IMG/VR virus record: IMGVR_UViG_3300005613_002762
Location: 85,191-149,190 of that record
DNA from: a virus
Length of the DNA stretch: 64,000 nucleotides
Direction: 5' to 3' (one strand)
This document shows, in pieces, positions 39,170-49,145 of the stretch (positions are counted from its first letter, which is position 1; the number at the start of each line of letters is the position of its first letter). The notes beneath the pieces were generated by a model that ran no database searches, had not been told where the DNA came from, and was given only the letters and a program-made list of their open reading frames with translations. The position numbers and the translations under genes are program-made.

Positions 39170-39508
39170 TTAATTTACCAAACACTTTATAAAATATTTT
39201 TTACCAATTTTTTCTAACTTTCCAACATAGTCGTTTTTGTGATCAATTCCTGTCCAAAAACCGCTACCATCACTCCAAAGACCACGTTTATTATTTTTAT
39301 AAACTTCTTCACCAAATGTAATGTAATCAGGCTGATCGTGCTCAAGTAAAAATGTTGCTCTTGTCATTTCACGTTTTTCTTGTGGTGTGTAATTTCCTGA
39401 CCAATCTTGTTTACATAAAAAAGTAGCTTCACCAACCTTAACTTCTTGTCCATTAAGAATTGCTTTTTTATCTAATTTTTTCTTGTAAGTGTAAATGTAA
39501 GTTCCCAT
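39170..39508 (-). CDS. Hypothetical protein (host-type promoter)
   Basis: 112 aa; TATATTTG at 39526-39533. Confidence 0.6.
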   Translation of the reverse strand: MGTYIYTYKKKLDKKAILNGQEVKVGEATFLCKQDWSGNYTPQEKREMTRATFLLEHDQPDYITFGEEVYKNNKRGLWSDGSGFWTGIDHKNDYVGKLEKIGKKYFIKCLVN

Positions 39509-39653
39509 ATGTTTTATTGTTTCTACAAATATATGGACTTCATTTCAATTGGCCAAATATTTTGTAAAATATTTTAAAACAAAAAACCCCTCTTTTTTGA
39601 AGAAGGGGTTATTTGACAATACGGGATGATAATGATTGTGTAAGTCTTTTTTT

Positions 39654-40172
39654 TTAATCTTGGGATTTCTTTGGATACATTATATGTTCTAAATAACTTG
39701 TGTATTCAAAATTTAAAACACTAAGAACGTCCTTAATCCCTGATTCTATTTCTGAATTTTCACCAACTAAGTCATATTTTCTTTCATAATGATCAATTAA
39801 TTCTTCGAAAAGTTTCCCAATTTTTTTAATGTTTGTATTTTTCAAATCAATCAACTCTTCTTGTTCGTTTTTTGAAAGTTCGTCATATTCGATTTCATCA
39901 TCAAATCTTTTTGATGGTCTTCGTGTATATTTAGACATGTTCTTTTTTCTCCAAAGATTATAACTGTGTTGGATATCGTTATAACGTAAATAATTTTCTG
40001 GATTCATTTTTCCTAAAATATGTCCATTGAGTAATTTTAACAAATCCATTTTAAAATTTTCAATTTCTTCATCTGTAATTACTTTGTAAATTTCAGAGAT
40101 GGATCCTTCCATAATCACACGTCTAATAATACGAGCAAGATCTGATTCTGTAAGTCTTATAATTTTTTTCAT
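39654..40172 (-). CDS. Leader-bearing hypothetical protein
   Basis: MKKIIRLTESDLARIIRRVIME; TATTTAT at ~40187; own terminator at ~39580-39610. Confidence 0.7.
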   Translation of the reverse strand: MKKIIRLTESDLARIIRRVIMEGSISEIYKVITDEEIENFKMDLLKLLNGHILGKMNPENYLRYNDIQHSYNLWRKKNMSKYTRRPSKRFDDEIEYDELSKNEQEELIDLKNTNIKKIGKLFEELIDHYERKYDLVGENSEIESGIKDVLSVLNFEYTSYLEHIMYPKKSQD

Positions 40173-40389
40173 GAATTATTTTTATTATAAATATATTGTT
40201 AATTTATTAAAATTATACTATAAGGACATTTTACGTTTCTTGGTAAACGCAAGAGAGGCATCCAATCGTTCGGTTCAATTTTAATGTACGCATCAATTTT
40301 CGCTTGAAAATTCACCTCTAATTTTTCTAGTGTTTTAGTTTCCATATTAATAAATACCAACTTAAAATATTAGAAATTACACCTACATA

Positions 40390-40845
40390 TTAACGACAAT
40401 GAAAATCAGCCGCCTTTGTTGCAATTTGGTTATCAGGTTTAATATTCGCCTTATAACCCAAAGAATTGACCCACCCAACTGCAGGTCCAACCAATTTTGA
40501 ACTAAAGTATTGTTCTTGAGCGTTATAATCAAGATCAATCTCAAGTTTAACATTTACCTTACTTGTTAAAAAGTTTGCAACCTCAATTGAATAATCCACT
40601 TCATTCCATAACCTCGTCCACTTATCACGAATTTTTTTAACCTTATGTTTGTGATATATGTAGTGGACTCCTCGGTTTCCATACCGATATGCAATTGCGG
40701 TCACATATACGGTTGATCTTCTGTGGTTTTGAGAATCAGTTCCGACATGAATTTCAACATAAGGACATTCATTTAAAATATCCAAAGTATGTTTTGATAT
40801 GTCAGAAACCGGATCCCCATCAACCTTTCTAAATACTCGGTTCAT
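40390..40845 (-). CDS. RNase H-like YkuK/DUF458 family protein
   Basis: 'IHVGTDSQ...YVTAIA', 'RLWNEVDYSIEVA', 'EIDLDYN', 'IKPD...AAD'. Confidence 0.8.
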   Translation of the reverse strand: MNRVFRKVDGDPVSDISKHTLDILNECPYVEIHVGTDSQNHRRSTVYVTAIAYRYGNRGVHYIYHKHKVKKIRDKWTRLWNEVDYSIEVANFLTSKVNVKLEIDLDYNAQEQYFSSKLVGPAVGWVNSLGYKANIKPDNQIATKAADFHCR

Positions 40846-41122
40846 TAAATTCCCCCTTTTATTATAATTAGATCACCCGAAAGGTTTTATTCTATTAAAG
40901 TCTAAAAGTGTTAAAAAATAGTTCTGGTCAACCACTCGCATCCCACCGATCTGTTGTATCAAATTTTCTGTAGTGCAAACGATTATATCTCCTACTACTC
41001 ATTATCAACTCACTCGCCCAAGCCTTGTCCGTTGTGAACTATTTATTACTCACCACATGAGTGGTTGTTTTAGTTTTTCAGAGCAAAAGTAATCATTTTT
41101 TGGTAATAATTGCTCAGTTTTT

Positions 41123-41503
41123 CTAAAATTTTATTATAACCCCTGTCGTATGAAAAATCTGACTATTACTTAATCCTGTGATAAATGCTCGTTGAAATAC
41201 TTTCACATTAGGTGATATGTAAAATCTGGCTCTTATATCATAGGATCCTGCAAATATAATGTCATCTACGGTAAGATCAGAAAATCTGTCTTGAAATGGA
41301 ACCCTTCTAATTTTGGAGCTAATAGATAATTGAAAATTATCATACCCAAGTCTATAAACATAATCACTTTTTGGTTTAAATGTTATTTTACTAAAATTTG
41401 TTCTTGCAATTGATTGGTAGTCAATTGTTGAATATTGGTTCATCAAAGGTTGAGAAAAACCAATAGACGATAAAAGTAAAAAAATTATAAGTATTTGTTT
41501 CAT
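41123..41503 (-). CDS. Secreted/outer-membrane hypothetical protein
   Basis: Signal peptide; beta-strand pattern ending in Phe. Confidence 0.55.
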   Translation of the reverse strand: MKQILIIFLLLSSIGFSQPLMNQYSTIDYQSIARTNFSKITFKPKSDYVYRLGYDNFQLSISSKIRRVPFQDRFSDLTVDDIIFAGSYDIRARFYISPNVKVFQRAFITGLSNSQIFHTTGVIIKF

Positions 41504-41507
41504 AGTA

Positions 41508-42005
41508 TTATTTTATTTCAAATGCACATCTCATAGGTCGTTTTGTTTTAGTTGCATCTTCAGGGTTTCCAATTACAACACCATCTTTAATTGTAAAAGC
41601 GTGACCTTTAACTAATACAAAAAAAGTTCCCTTTGGGTTTTGTTTAACAAATGTCCCAACGGTCATGTTTCTTTTTTTAATCTCACCTTTTACTTTAACA
41701 TCATACATTAATGATCTTAACATGTAATCATTGTGTCTTACTCCAAGAGGACAGATTTTTTTACCGTTCACTTTGAGTGAGTTATCTGACATTTTAACAA
41801 GTTTAGATACGGTTCCGTAAGTTCCTTTTCTTGGTTTTCTTCCAAACTCCTCAGCAACATATTTGTGAGCAAAATCATAAGACACGTCGAATGAAGAAGC
41901 AAATGCTCTTACAACACAATCATTTGTTTCACCTTTGGCAATTGCGGATTCAGTATATCCTTTAATAGCCTTTCCTGTTTTTTCGTATGGTAGTTCGTTT
42001 TTCAT
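41508..42005 (-). CDS. Hypothetical phage protein (DCVVRA motif)
   Basis: 'NDCVVRAFA...GHAFTIKDG'; start MKNELP follows TATCTTTG at 42010-42017. Confidence 0.65.
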   Translation of the reverse strand: MKNELPYEKTGKAIKGYTESAIAKGETNDCVVRAFASSFDVSYDFAHKYVAEEFGRKPRKGTYGTVSKLVKMSDNSLKVNGKKICPLGVRHNDYMLRSLMYDVKVKGEIKKRNMTVGTFVKQNPKGTFFVLVKGHAFTIKDGVVIGNPEDATKTKRPMRCAFEIK

Positions 42006-42136
42006 ACTACAAAGATACAAAAATTTTTTAAATCAAACCATATTGATTTAATTCGTATAAAAATTTTTCATACTCTTCTGAGGTAATAAACTCGTCGTGG
42101 ATTTGTTGGTGTATATCTTCCATAATTTTAAAGTAG

Positions 42137-42210
42137 TGATCCCGTTTGGATTCGAACCAAAGACCTACTGCTTAGAAGGCAGTTGCTCTATCCAGCTGAG
42201 CTACGGGACC
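42137..42210 (-). tRNA. tRNA-Arg(UCU)
   Basis: GGTCCCGTAGCTCAGCTGGATAGAGCA-ACTGC-CTTCTAA-GCAGT...GGTTCGAATCC. Confidence 0.95.
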
Positions 42211-42225
42211 ATATTTCACATTTTG

Positions 42226-42310
42226 CAGAGGAGGAGGGATTCGAACCCCCGGATCCGTAAAGATCAACGGTTTTCAAGACCGCCTCATTCGACCGCTCTG
42301 ACACTCCTCT
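42226..42310 (-). tRNA. tRNA-Ser(UGA)
   Basis: GCGGT-CTTGAAA-ACCGT anticodon arm, long variable arm, G discriminator. Confidence 0.93.
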
Positions 42311-42337
42311 AACATTCAAAGAACTAGTATAAATATA

Positions 42338-43060
42338 CTAACTATTATATAATTTGTCAATCAACTCAACATCTATTGGTGAAAATTCTGTAGTTGTTGT
42401 CCAACCTTGATAAAAGATACTTTCAGGATATCTGTATGAATCATTACATAACCCCAAAGATTGAGTTAATTCTTCACGAAGTAAGTGTTTTTGGGCATCG
42501 ATTTTAGTTGTTCTGAAAATATCAACATAAATTAATGAGTAATCTCTATAAATTTCAAAATAACCCCAATTATGAACCAATAACTCCTCACTAACCTGTG
42601 GGTATAACTTATCAAATGTTTTGTAATCACCCAAATAAATAAAAGTGTTGGCTTCCGATTTATTTGAAACTATCTCAATATTAATTGTTTCGATAATATC
42701 GTTAAGTTCCCCAACAATACGATCCAATTCAGTCATTAGGTAATCTTTTTTGTGACCGTGAACGTAAATCTTAACATCTTCAGTTCGTTTAAAAACATTA
42801 TGAGATTTACCGTCAAATTCACTACCTAATGCGATTTCATTAAAATAAGTATTAACCTCTTTTGAATAATGTTTTTCTTTTTTGATCGGTTGAGATTCAT
42901 CATTATTTACTAATGAGTTATTTGGTGAATTATTTTCTATAGAATTGAAAATAACCCCTAACTTACCAACAATTTTATCTTGATCGGATTTATCTAAAAG
43001 ACAAAATAAGATGAATAATACTATTGAAATACCAAAAACTCGATTTAAAAACTTTCCCAT
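42338..43060 (-). CDS. DUF2927-like membrane-anchored protein
   Basis: N-terminal TM; 'YFNEIALGSEF', 'HLLREELTQSLGLCNDS...SIFYQ'. Confidence 0.7.
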   Translation of the reverse strand: MGKFLNRVFGISIVLFILFCLLDKSDQDKIVGKLGVIFNSIENNSPNNSLVNNDESQPIKKEKHYSKEVNTYFNEIALGSEFDGKSHNVFKRTEDVKIYVHGHKKDYLMTELDRIVGELNDIIETINIEIVSNKSEANTFIYLGDYKTFDKLYPQVSEELLVHNWGYFEIYRDYSLIYVDIFRTTKIDAQKHLLREELTQSLGLCNDSYRYPESIFYQGWTTTTEFSPIDVELIDKLYNS

Positions 43061-43125
43061 TTGTTTATTTATTTAATTATTTCTACAAATATAGGATTTT
43101 TTTTTAAATCAACAAACTTTAATAA

Positions 43126-44835
43126 TTATTTTTTTATCCCAAGCTTAGAAAGAACCATATCAGACAAACCTTCTAATATTGGACAAATCATTTGGGCTAC
43201 CTTATCTTGTAAAGCTTTAAATGCCGATGATTCTGCAGCACTTTCAGTAACCATATTTTTAATTGCGGAATAAACAAAACTATCAATCCCGTGATCAACC
43301 GCCATTTTATCCAAATAAGCCTCTAATAAAGATTTTGTTATTATTGGTGATGAAAAATCACAATCATTAAATAGTCTTTTCATATCTTTGATATCTGTGT
43401 TTGCAAAGACATTTACAATTGCCAAACCAACATAAGAGTTTTCAATATTTGGATATCCAATAAATGAACCTAGTTTACCAACAATAAATTTACCTATTCT
43501 TTCTTTAAATGCTTGTGTAAGTTTCTCAGCAGGATTTGAAAATAATGAAGACCCAACATTTTTGATTCCACCAAGTGCGGTAGATAAAAAATTATCATCT
43601 TCTTTAATTGTTTTTTTATATTTTGATAAGTCATTTGTCACATTTTCAAAAATGGAATTAACAATATTATCAATATCTAAAGTTGATTTTTTAGAAAAAG
43701 AGAACTTTTTAAATTCTTCATTTAATAATTTGTTGATTTTTAAATCAATATTTTCGGTCACTTTTGGATACCGAGCTTTACCTAATTTTGATTTTAAATT
43801 ACCTAACCCGAAAGGAGAAGTTCGGTCATTTAATAATCTTTCAAACTCATCTTTATTACCAAAAGCTCCACCTATAAATTTCCTACTTTGACATCTAAGT
43901 GACATAAATTTATTTTTGAATAAATCTGTCGAACAACTAGAACCAAATTTTCTTTTAACTTTGTCATCTCCTTGAAAACCTACGGTTCTACACATGTCTA
44001 ATTTTTTTATAACGTCTCTACATTGCTCTCTACTCGGGTTCATAGCCTCTGAAGTCTCTTCAGGGAAATAAATCAAAGTGTCTCTTAAATCTTGACTTAA
44101 AGAAAATGCGGGTAAGTCTTTTTGTATATCTTTAAAATAAAAACTGAAATTGGCGGCTTCAGAACCCATTGGTGGTTTATTTTGGGTAAATCCTTGATTT
44201 TCCATATAGGTTTTAAGTTCTTCAGGGATATTTCCCATAGACACTTCACCGGAAGCCACCTGATACCAAATTGATCCATCACCAGGATTCGAAAGTAAGG
44301 GTTTACCGTCTTCATCTTTTAATGTACTTAATTTAACTTCCTTATAATTTAAAATATTTTCATCAGGCTTATTCATTTCAAATTCAACAACACCTTTTCT
44401 TTTTGCCCATTGTTTAACTTTATTATAATCCATTGCAGATAACGTAACTTGACCAACATCTTCCATTTTTTTAAAATAGTTACATTGTGATCCTGCACCT
44501 CCCTCGATTCTTTGTGGTGTTCCTGATTTTATATTATAAGCTAAAAGAGAGTTATTTTCAGAAAATGGATTTTTTAAACCAAAAACAACAATATTTCCGT
44601 TACCAACAAAAGCAACATTGTCTTTACCACTTTTAACCAAAGCCGGAAATTTATTGAATGTTTTTATATTTTGTCCAAGTTCGGAAGTCTTAGATAAAAA
44701 TTTTATTTTTTTTCCTGCAAAACTTTTATTTGTATCACAAAATTGCATGTAGTTGTTAACTAAATTGTATGTGTCGTCCCAATTTATTGTTTTTTGTTCC
44801 AATAAAACTTTTCTAACTATTTTTGAAATTTCCAT
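43126..44835 (-). CDS. Leader-bearing large protein, putative internal/ejection protein
   Basis: MEISKIVRKVLLEQ; helical C-terminal part. Confidence 0.55.
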   Translation of the reverse strand: MEISKIVRKVLLEQKTINWDDTYNLVNNYMQFCDTNKSFAGKKIKFLSKTSELGQNIKTFNKFPALVKSGKDNVAFVGNGNIVVFGLKNPFSENNSLLAYNIKSGTPQRIEGGAGSQCNYFKKMEDVGQVTLSAMDYNKVKQWAKRKGVVEFEMNKPDENILNYKEVKLSTLKDEDGKPLLSNPGDGSIWYQVASGEVSMGNIPEELKTYMENQGFTQNKPPMGSEAANFSFYFKDIQKDLPAFSLSQDLRDTLIYFPEETSEAMNPSREQCRDVIKKLDMCRTVGFQGDDKVKRKFGSSCSTDLFKNKFMSLRCQSRKFIGGAFGNKDEFERLLNDRTSPFGLGNLKSKLGKARYPKVTENIDLKINKLLNEEFKKFSFSKKSTLDIDNIVNSIFENVTNDLSKYKKTIKEDDNFLSTALGGIKNVGSSLFSNPAEKLTQAFKERIGKFIVGKLGSFIGYPNIENSYVGLAIVNVFANTDIKDMKRLFNDCDFSSPIITKSLLEAYLDKMAVDHGIDSFVYSAIKNMVTESAAESSAFKALQDKVAQMICPILEGLSDMVLSKLGIKK

Positions 44836-44841
44836 ATCTTT

Positions 44842-46110
44842 TTATATTAAATATTCTGGTGCATCAAAACCTTTTGAACAAATAGTGGTTAAATCGTCCT
44901 TTGTAAAGGTTCTTTTATTTATTTTTTTAAATAGAGCGTCTTCGGTTGCTTGATCAAATAAACCAGTGACGTTTACTTTTAAACACTCCTGAGCCTTTAT
45001 AATGTCAGTGTTCCCTTTTTTGTTTTTACATCCTTTTTTATATAAAGTGTCACACTCAACATATTTATCTTCCTCATCTTCCTCATCTTCATCATCTTCA
45101 TCTTCCTCATCACCTCCTCCTCGTTTGATACAACCAACACCTTTTTTATAGTAATAACCCGGTTCGCAATCATCAACATCCCAACCAATTTTTTTAAATT
45201 GATCATATAACCACCAAACGCCAAATCCTAACAGTCCCATACCAATCAAGAATTTAGATAATGCTATTAAACCTGAGAATAATACTGTTCTTTTACCCCA
45301 GTTAAAAACCTTATTCCAAATTCCACCTCTAGATTTAAGATCACGGGTTAATCTTTCAAAGTTCGAGCTATCTTGTATCCAAACTTCAAAATTCTTAATT
45401 TTATTTGTTTTTATCCAATTTTTTAACCACCTTCTTTCGCTTCTATTAAGACTACTTAAAGTTGATTCCACTTCTTCAGTCGAGACTTTTGCTTTTCTAG
45501 CTGCGTCTTCAGTTTCTTTTAAAGCGGCTTCAGCCTTTCTAGCAGCTTCTTCTGCTCTTCTAGCGGCCTCTTCGGCCTGTTTAGCTGTTTTAAATGCCGA
45601 TTCACCTTCTTTTGTTGAGCTAGATATTCTTCGACTATTGGCCTTCCAAAGTTCTTCGGCTTGTTTACTGTTAAGTTTATATTTATCTTTTACTCTATTA
45701 ATAAACGTCTGTTTATCCAACGATCCGTATTTTTGAATAAAAGTTTTACTTTGGACGGCGTCCTCAGCAACGGCTTTCATTATAACAGGATTATCAGTTT
45801 TTCTAAAAATATTCCATGAAAGTCTACCCTGTTCTGCAGGTGCTAATTTTCCCAATCTTAATGCTTCTATAATTTCATCTGCCGTTTTTAATTGTTTTAA
45901 ATCTTTAGTTACAAACGCACCACCTTTTATTTCAGAACTTAAAACTTTTTCTATATCTGACATTAAACCTCGTAATTGAGATGTGTCACGTATTATCGAT
46001 CTGAAACCTTGCTCAATAAGAGTTTGTTTATTTTCTTCTGAAGTAAATTCTGAATTATAATTCGATATGAATTTTATTCTTCGTATTTCTTCTAATAATT
46101 CTTTTTTCAT
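44842..46110 (-). CDS. Putative internal protein with coiled coil, TM and degenerate PG-binding domain
   Basis: AEEAARRAEEAA coil; TM 'FLIGMGLLGFGVWWLY'; 'IIKAQECL..TGLFDQATEDAL'. Confidence 0.55.
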   Translation of the reverse strand: MKKELLEEIRRIKFISNYNSEFTSEENKQTLIEQGFRSIIRDTSQLRGLMSDIEKVLSSEIKGGAFVTKDLKQLKTADEIIEALRLGKLAPAEQGRLSWNIFRKTDNPVIMKAVAEDAVQSKTFIQKYGSLDKQTFINRVKDKYKLNSKQAEELWKANSRRISSSTKEGESAFKTAKQAEEAARRAEEAARKAEAALKETEDAARKAKVSTEEVESTLSSLNRSERRWLKNWIKTNKIKNFEVWIQDSSNFERLTRDLKSRGGIWNKVFNWGKRTVLFSGLIALSKFLIGMGLLGFGVWWLYDQFKKIGWDVDDCEPGYYYKKGVGCIKRGGGDEEDEDDEDEEDEEDKYVECDTLYKKGCKNKKGNTDIIKAQECLKVNVTGLFDQATEDALFKKINKRTFTKDDLTTICSKGFDAPEYLI

Positions 46111-46112
46111 AA

Positions 46113-47312
46113 TTAAGTAAATATTTGGTCATAATCACCTTTTTGTTTATCTAAAAGTTTTATTAACTCATCCTCTTGTTTTTTTGAGTCTTTTTTCTTT
46201 ATATCAGAATATATCTCAACACCAGTACCCAATCCTGTTATTAAACCTAACTGAACTAAAACAGGTCTTAATGCTTTTGATTTAAACATACCTTTTATAC
46301 TATCTAATATTTTCTGAACAAATTTTCCGACACCTGTTAACGCCTGAGAAATAAACCCACCCCAAGTTTTATTTTTGGATAAAGATTTTGCAACCGAAGA
46401 TAATTTAGATGGTAATTCTTTTAACGCAGAAACTATGGTTTTTAAAAGTTCAATCATTTTAGGACTTTTTGCAATATTTTTACCAATTTCCTCTGCTGTT
46501 TTAGCTCCACCCAAAGATGTTTTGATAAGAACTCTACCTGATTTAGCAGCCGCTCCGGCAAATACAAGACCTAAGACATCAACACCCATAAAAAGTATTC
46601 TTAACCACATTGGTTCATCGGGATGTTCGTAATCACCACTAATTAATTCATATATGTCTAATACAACAACAATTGCCCAAACAACAACTTGAGCAACTTT
46701 ACCAACACCTGTTGCAATTAAAATAGCATCTATAATCATCCCAACAGGACTATATACTGCTTGTCTAATTTTTCTGGCAATCCATTTCGGGCCTGCCGCC
46801 AATAATTTTACAACTTCGTTCCATTCTCCTTTAGAAATAGCAATACCAAACTTTTTTAAACCCTCATATCCTTGTGATATAAAATCAGACACACCTTTAA
46901 CAGTTTCTTGTCCTGTTTTTTTTAAAAATTCACCAACATATGTGTTATCCCAAAAATTCCATTCAGTTAAAAATAATTTTTTAAAATATGGTTTCATTGG
47001 GGTTAAATCTATTGAGCTCTCATTAATTAATCTATTAGAAAAAACCGATTTTGCATGTTCTTTGATTTGTTTTGAGATATTTGAAACGGAATAACTATGT
47101 TCAAAAAATAAAAATAGATTGTCTGAATTTTTCCATATGTCTCCAAGATTTTTTTTGGTTTCGATCTCAATTAAGTTATCCATAAAGATAACATATTTTT
47201 CATCGGGGCTCATCATATCTAATATAACGGCATCTTCAAAAATTAATGAATCAACACCATGTTTTTGTAATATTGATTTTTTTTCTGATTCTGTAATTAC
47301 TAATTTTCTCAT
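46113..47312 (-). CDS. Leader-bearing protein with hydrophobic helical hairpins
   Basis: MRKLVITESEKKSILQKH; several Gly/Ala/Val-rich TM-like helices. Confidence 0.6.
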   Translation of the reverse strand: MRKLVITESEKKSILQKHGVDSLIFEDAVILDMMSPDEKYVIFMDNLIEIETKKNLGDIWKNSDNLFLFFEHSYSVSNISKQIKEHAKSVFSNRLINESSIDLTPMKPYFKKLFLTEWNFWDNTYVGEFLKKTGQETVKGVSDFISQGYEGLKKFGIAISKGEWNEVVKLLAAGPKWIARKIRQAVYSPVGMIIDAILIATGVGKVAQVVVWAIVVVLDIYELISGDYEHPDEPMWLRILFMGVDVLGLVFAGAAAKSGRVLIKTSLGGAKTAEEIGKNIAKSPKMIELLKTIVSALKELPSKLSSVAKSLSKNKTWGGFISQALTGVGKFVQKILDSIKGMFKSKALRPVLVQLGLITGLGTGVEIYSDIKKKDSKKQEDELIKLLDKQKGDYDQIFT

Positions 47313-47344
47313 CTTATGTTATAAATATTAAAAAAACCAAAAGA

Positions 47345-47578
47345 TTATAATAAAGTATTACTTTTTCCTCTTGTTATTTTATATAAATCTTTCCACTTGG
47401 CTTTATAATCTATTTGATTTGCAACACTTCGAGTCAATCCTGTTTCCCATTTTGTTACAGTAGGATACGCGGCTCCCCCACCTCCGCCCGCACCAGCGTC
47501 ATCTTGTTCTGTCATTTCACTACCATTATCGAAAGTAGTATATCTTTTTAACAAATAAATTATTTCGTCTAATTCCAT
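47345..47578 (-). CDS. Small late hypothetical protein
   Basis: 'MTEQDDAGAGGGGG...KWETGLTR'; TATTTAT at 47587. Confidence 0.6.
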   Translation of the reverse strand: MELDEIIYLLKRYTTFDNGSEMTEQDDAGAGGGGGAAYPTVTKWETGLTRSVANQIDYKAKWKDLYKITRGKSNTLL

Positions 47579-47640
47579 CTTTTTTTATAAATACTTTTGT
47601 AAATCAAAAAAAAAGATATATATTTGTAGAAACAAACAAT

Positions 47641-48144
47641 ATGAGACACTTTTTTTATTTACTAGTATCAATTTTTATTTTATCCTCTTGTGTTAAATAC
47701 GGAGAACCTGTTTCACTTAGTTTAAGTGGCGAATATCGAATCGATAAGATTACTTATGAAAATAGAGATAACTCCAATTTGAACCAAGTGTTTTATCCTG
47801 GTGATTTATATGTAAATCAAAGTGAGACAAAACCTTTGGATTCGATCGCAGTTGGTTTTACAAGATTAGCTCTTGATTATGCGGTTATTTACTTTGATCC
47901 AGTTGACGATCCATCTACAGGATCGACTACATGGACCAAACAATACACTTATATGGTTCAAGGACATAATAATGTTTACGATTTGGGCTATATCTCATTT
48001 AACTACGAAGGAACAAAACGAGTTTGGAAAATCATTGATGATGGTATGGAAAGTCTTGTTATCAGAACTTCAGGTAGTTATGACTATGGAAATAACACAA
48101 GTGGTGAAACAACGACAATGTTTTTAACTCGAGTTGGTCCTTAA
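47641..48144 (+). CDS. Lipoprotein (lipocalin-like)
   Basis: Lipobox LSSC; 'LSGEYRI'; TATATTTG at 47619-47626. Confidence 0.7.
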   Translation: MRHFFYLLVSIFILSSCVKYGEPVSLSLSGEYRIDKITYENRDNSNLNQVFYPGDLYVNQSETKPLDSIAVGFTRLALDYAVIYFDPVDDPSTGSTTWTKQYTYMVQGHNNVYDLGYISFNYEGTKRVWKIIDDGMESLVIRTSGSYDYGNNTSGETTTMFLTRVGP

Positions 48145-48443
48145 ATCAACTCGGGTTTTGGTAATTTATCAGGTTTTACAATATAGTATTCGTTTAAGAA
48201 TTCGATTAAATTATCCTCATCAATACTAGCGGAATCACTCCAAAAAAAGTCTTCCTCTAGATCATCTTCTTCATCAAAGTCAAAACTTTCTAATACTAAA
48301 TTATAACCAAATTCATCGGCTTCCATTAAGTCAATATGGTCAATTCTAACTTCTTCTTCTGAATCAATTGTTAATCTAAATTGAATTTCTAATATGTTTG
48401 TATCTTCGTGTAGATAATAGAAGATAACTTCTTGAACTTCCAT
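48141..48443 (-). CDS. Acidic hypothetical protein
   Basis: Likely start MEVQEV. Confidence 0.6.
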   Translation of the reverse strand: MEVQEVIFYYLHEDTNILEIQFRLTIDSEEEVRIDHIDLMEADEFGYNLVLESFDFDEEDDLEEDFFWSDSASIDEDNLIEFLNEYYIVKPDKLPKPELI

Positions 48444-48447
48444 TTTG

Positions 48448-49041
48448 TCAGTATTTTTTAAATCTTTCGAACATGTCCAAAGATTCATTCAACTTGGAAA
48501 TAAAATCAGGCAATATATCCTCATCGATTTTGTCTAAAATATCATCCTCTTCTTCGTTGACCTCATCCTCTTCTTCGTTGAAAGTTTCGTTAATCTCCTC
48601 TGAGGAGTAATCTTCCAATTCATCGATATCGTATTCATACTGATTATAATTTTCCTCCATATCATCTTCATAGTTACCAAAAGATTCATAATCAAATTCC
48701 TCTTCATTTGGTGAAGGGTAAAGATCATGTAAAAATTCTGTATTTTTTGTTTCTGTATCCATATAAGAATCAACATCAACCGTCCCATTTTTTAAGTCCA
48801 TAGGTCCATCTCCAATGGTGTCAAGTAATGATTCATTAATATTCATATTAGTATAAGTCTTCACATTACCTTTATTGGTTACTGTGATTCCATTTTTATC
48901 ATTTGCTAAATCCTGAACATATAAAGGATATTGATTACTTTCTTGATTATATCTTGTAACATAACCATCATATAACGATTTATGTTGGTCTAATATATTA
49001 GATCTTTCTTCTTTTGTCATTTTGAAAAAATATGCATTCAT
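48448..49041 (-). CDS. Leader-bearing acidic protein
   Basis: 'MTKEERSNILDQH'; C-terminal 'LNESLDMFERFKKY'. Confidence 0.6.
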   Translation of the reverse strand: MNAYFFKMTKEERSNILDQHKSLYDGYVTRYNQESNQYPLYVQDLANDKNGITVTNKGNVKTYTNMNINESLLDTIGDGPMDLKNGTVDVDSYMDTETKNTEFLHDLYPSPNEEEFDYESFGNYEDDMEENYNQYEYDIDELEDYSSEEINETFNEEEDEVNEEEDDILDKIDEDILPDFISKLNESLDMFERFKKY

Positions 49042-49145
49042 AGTTCTTTGTTTTTTAATAAATATTTGTTCTTTGTCAAATATTTTAACTTATCGTTAAT
49101 TGTTTTTGTTAGTGTATATTTATTATATAGATATTAACACACAAT

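Noticed and set aside
42097-42312. 71-aa plus-strand ORF
   Set aside because: Antisense to tRNA-Arg and tRNA-Ser
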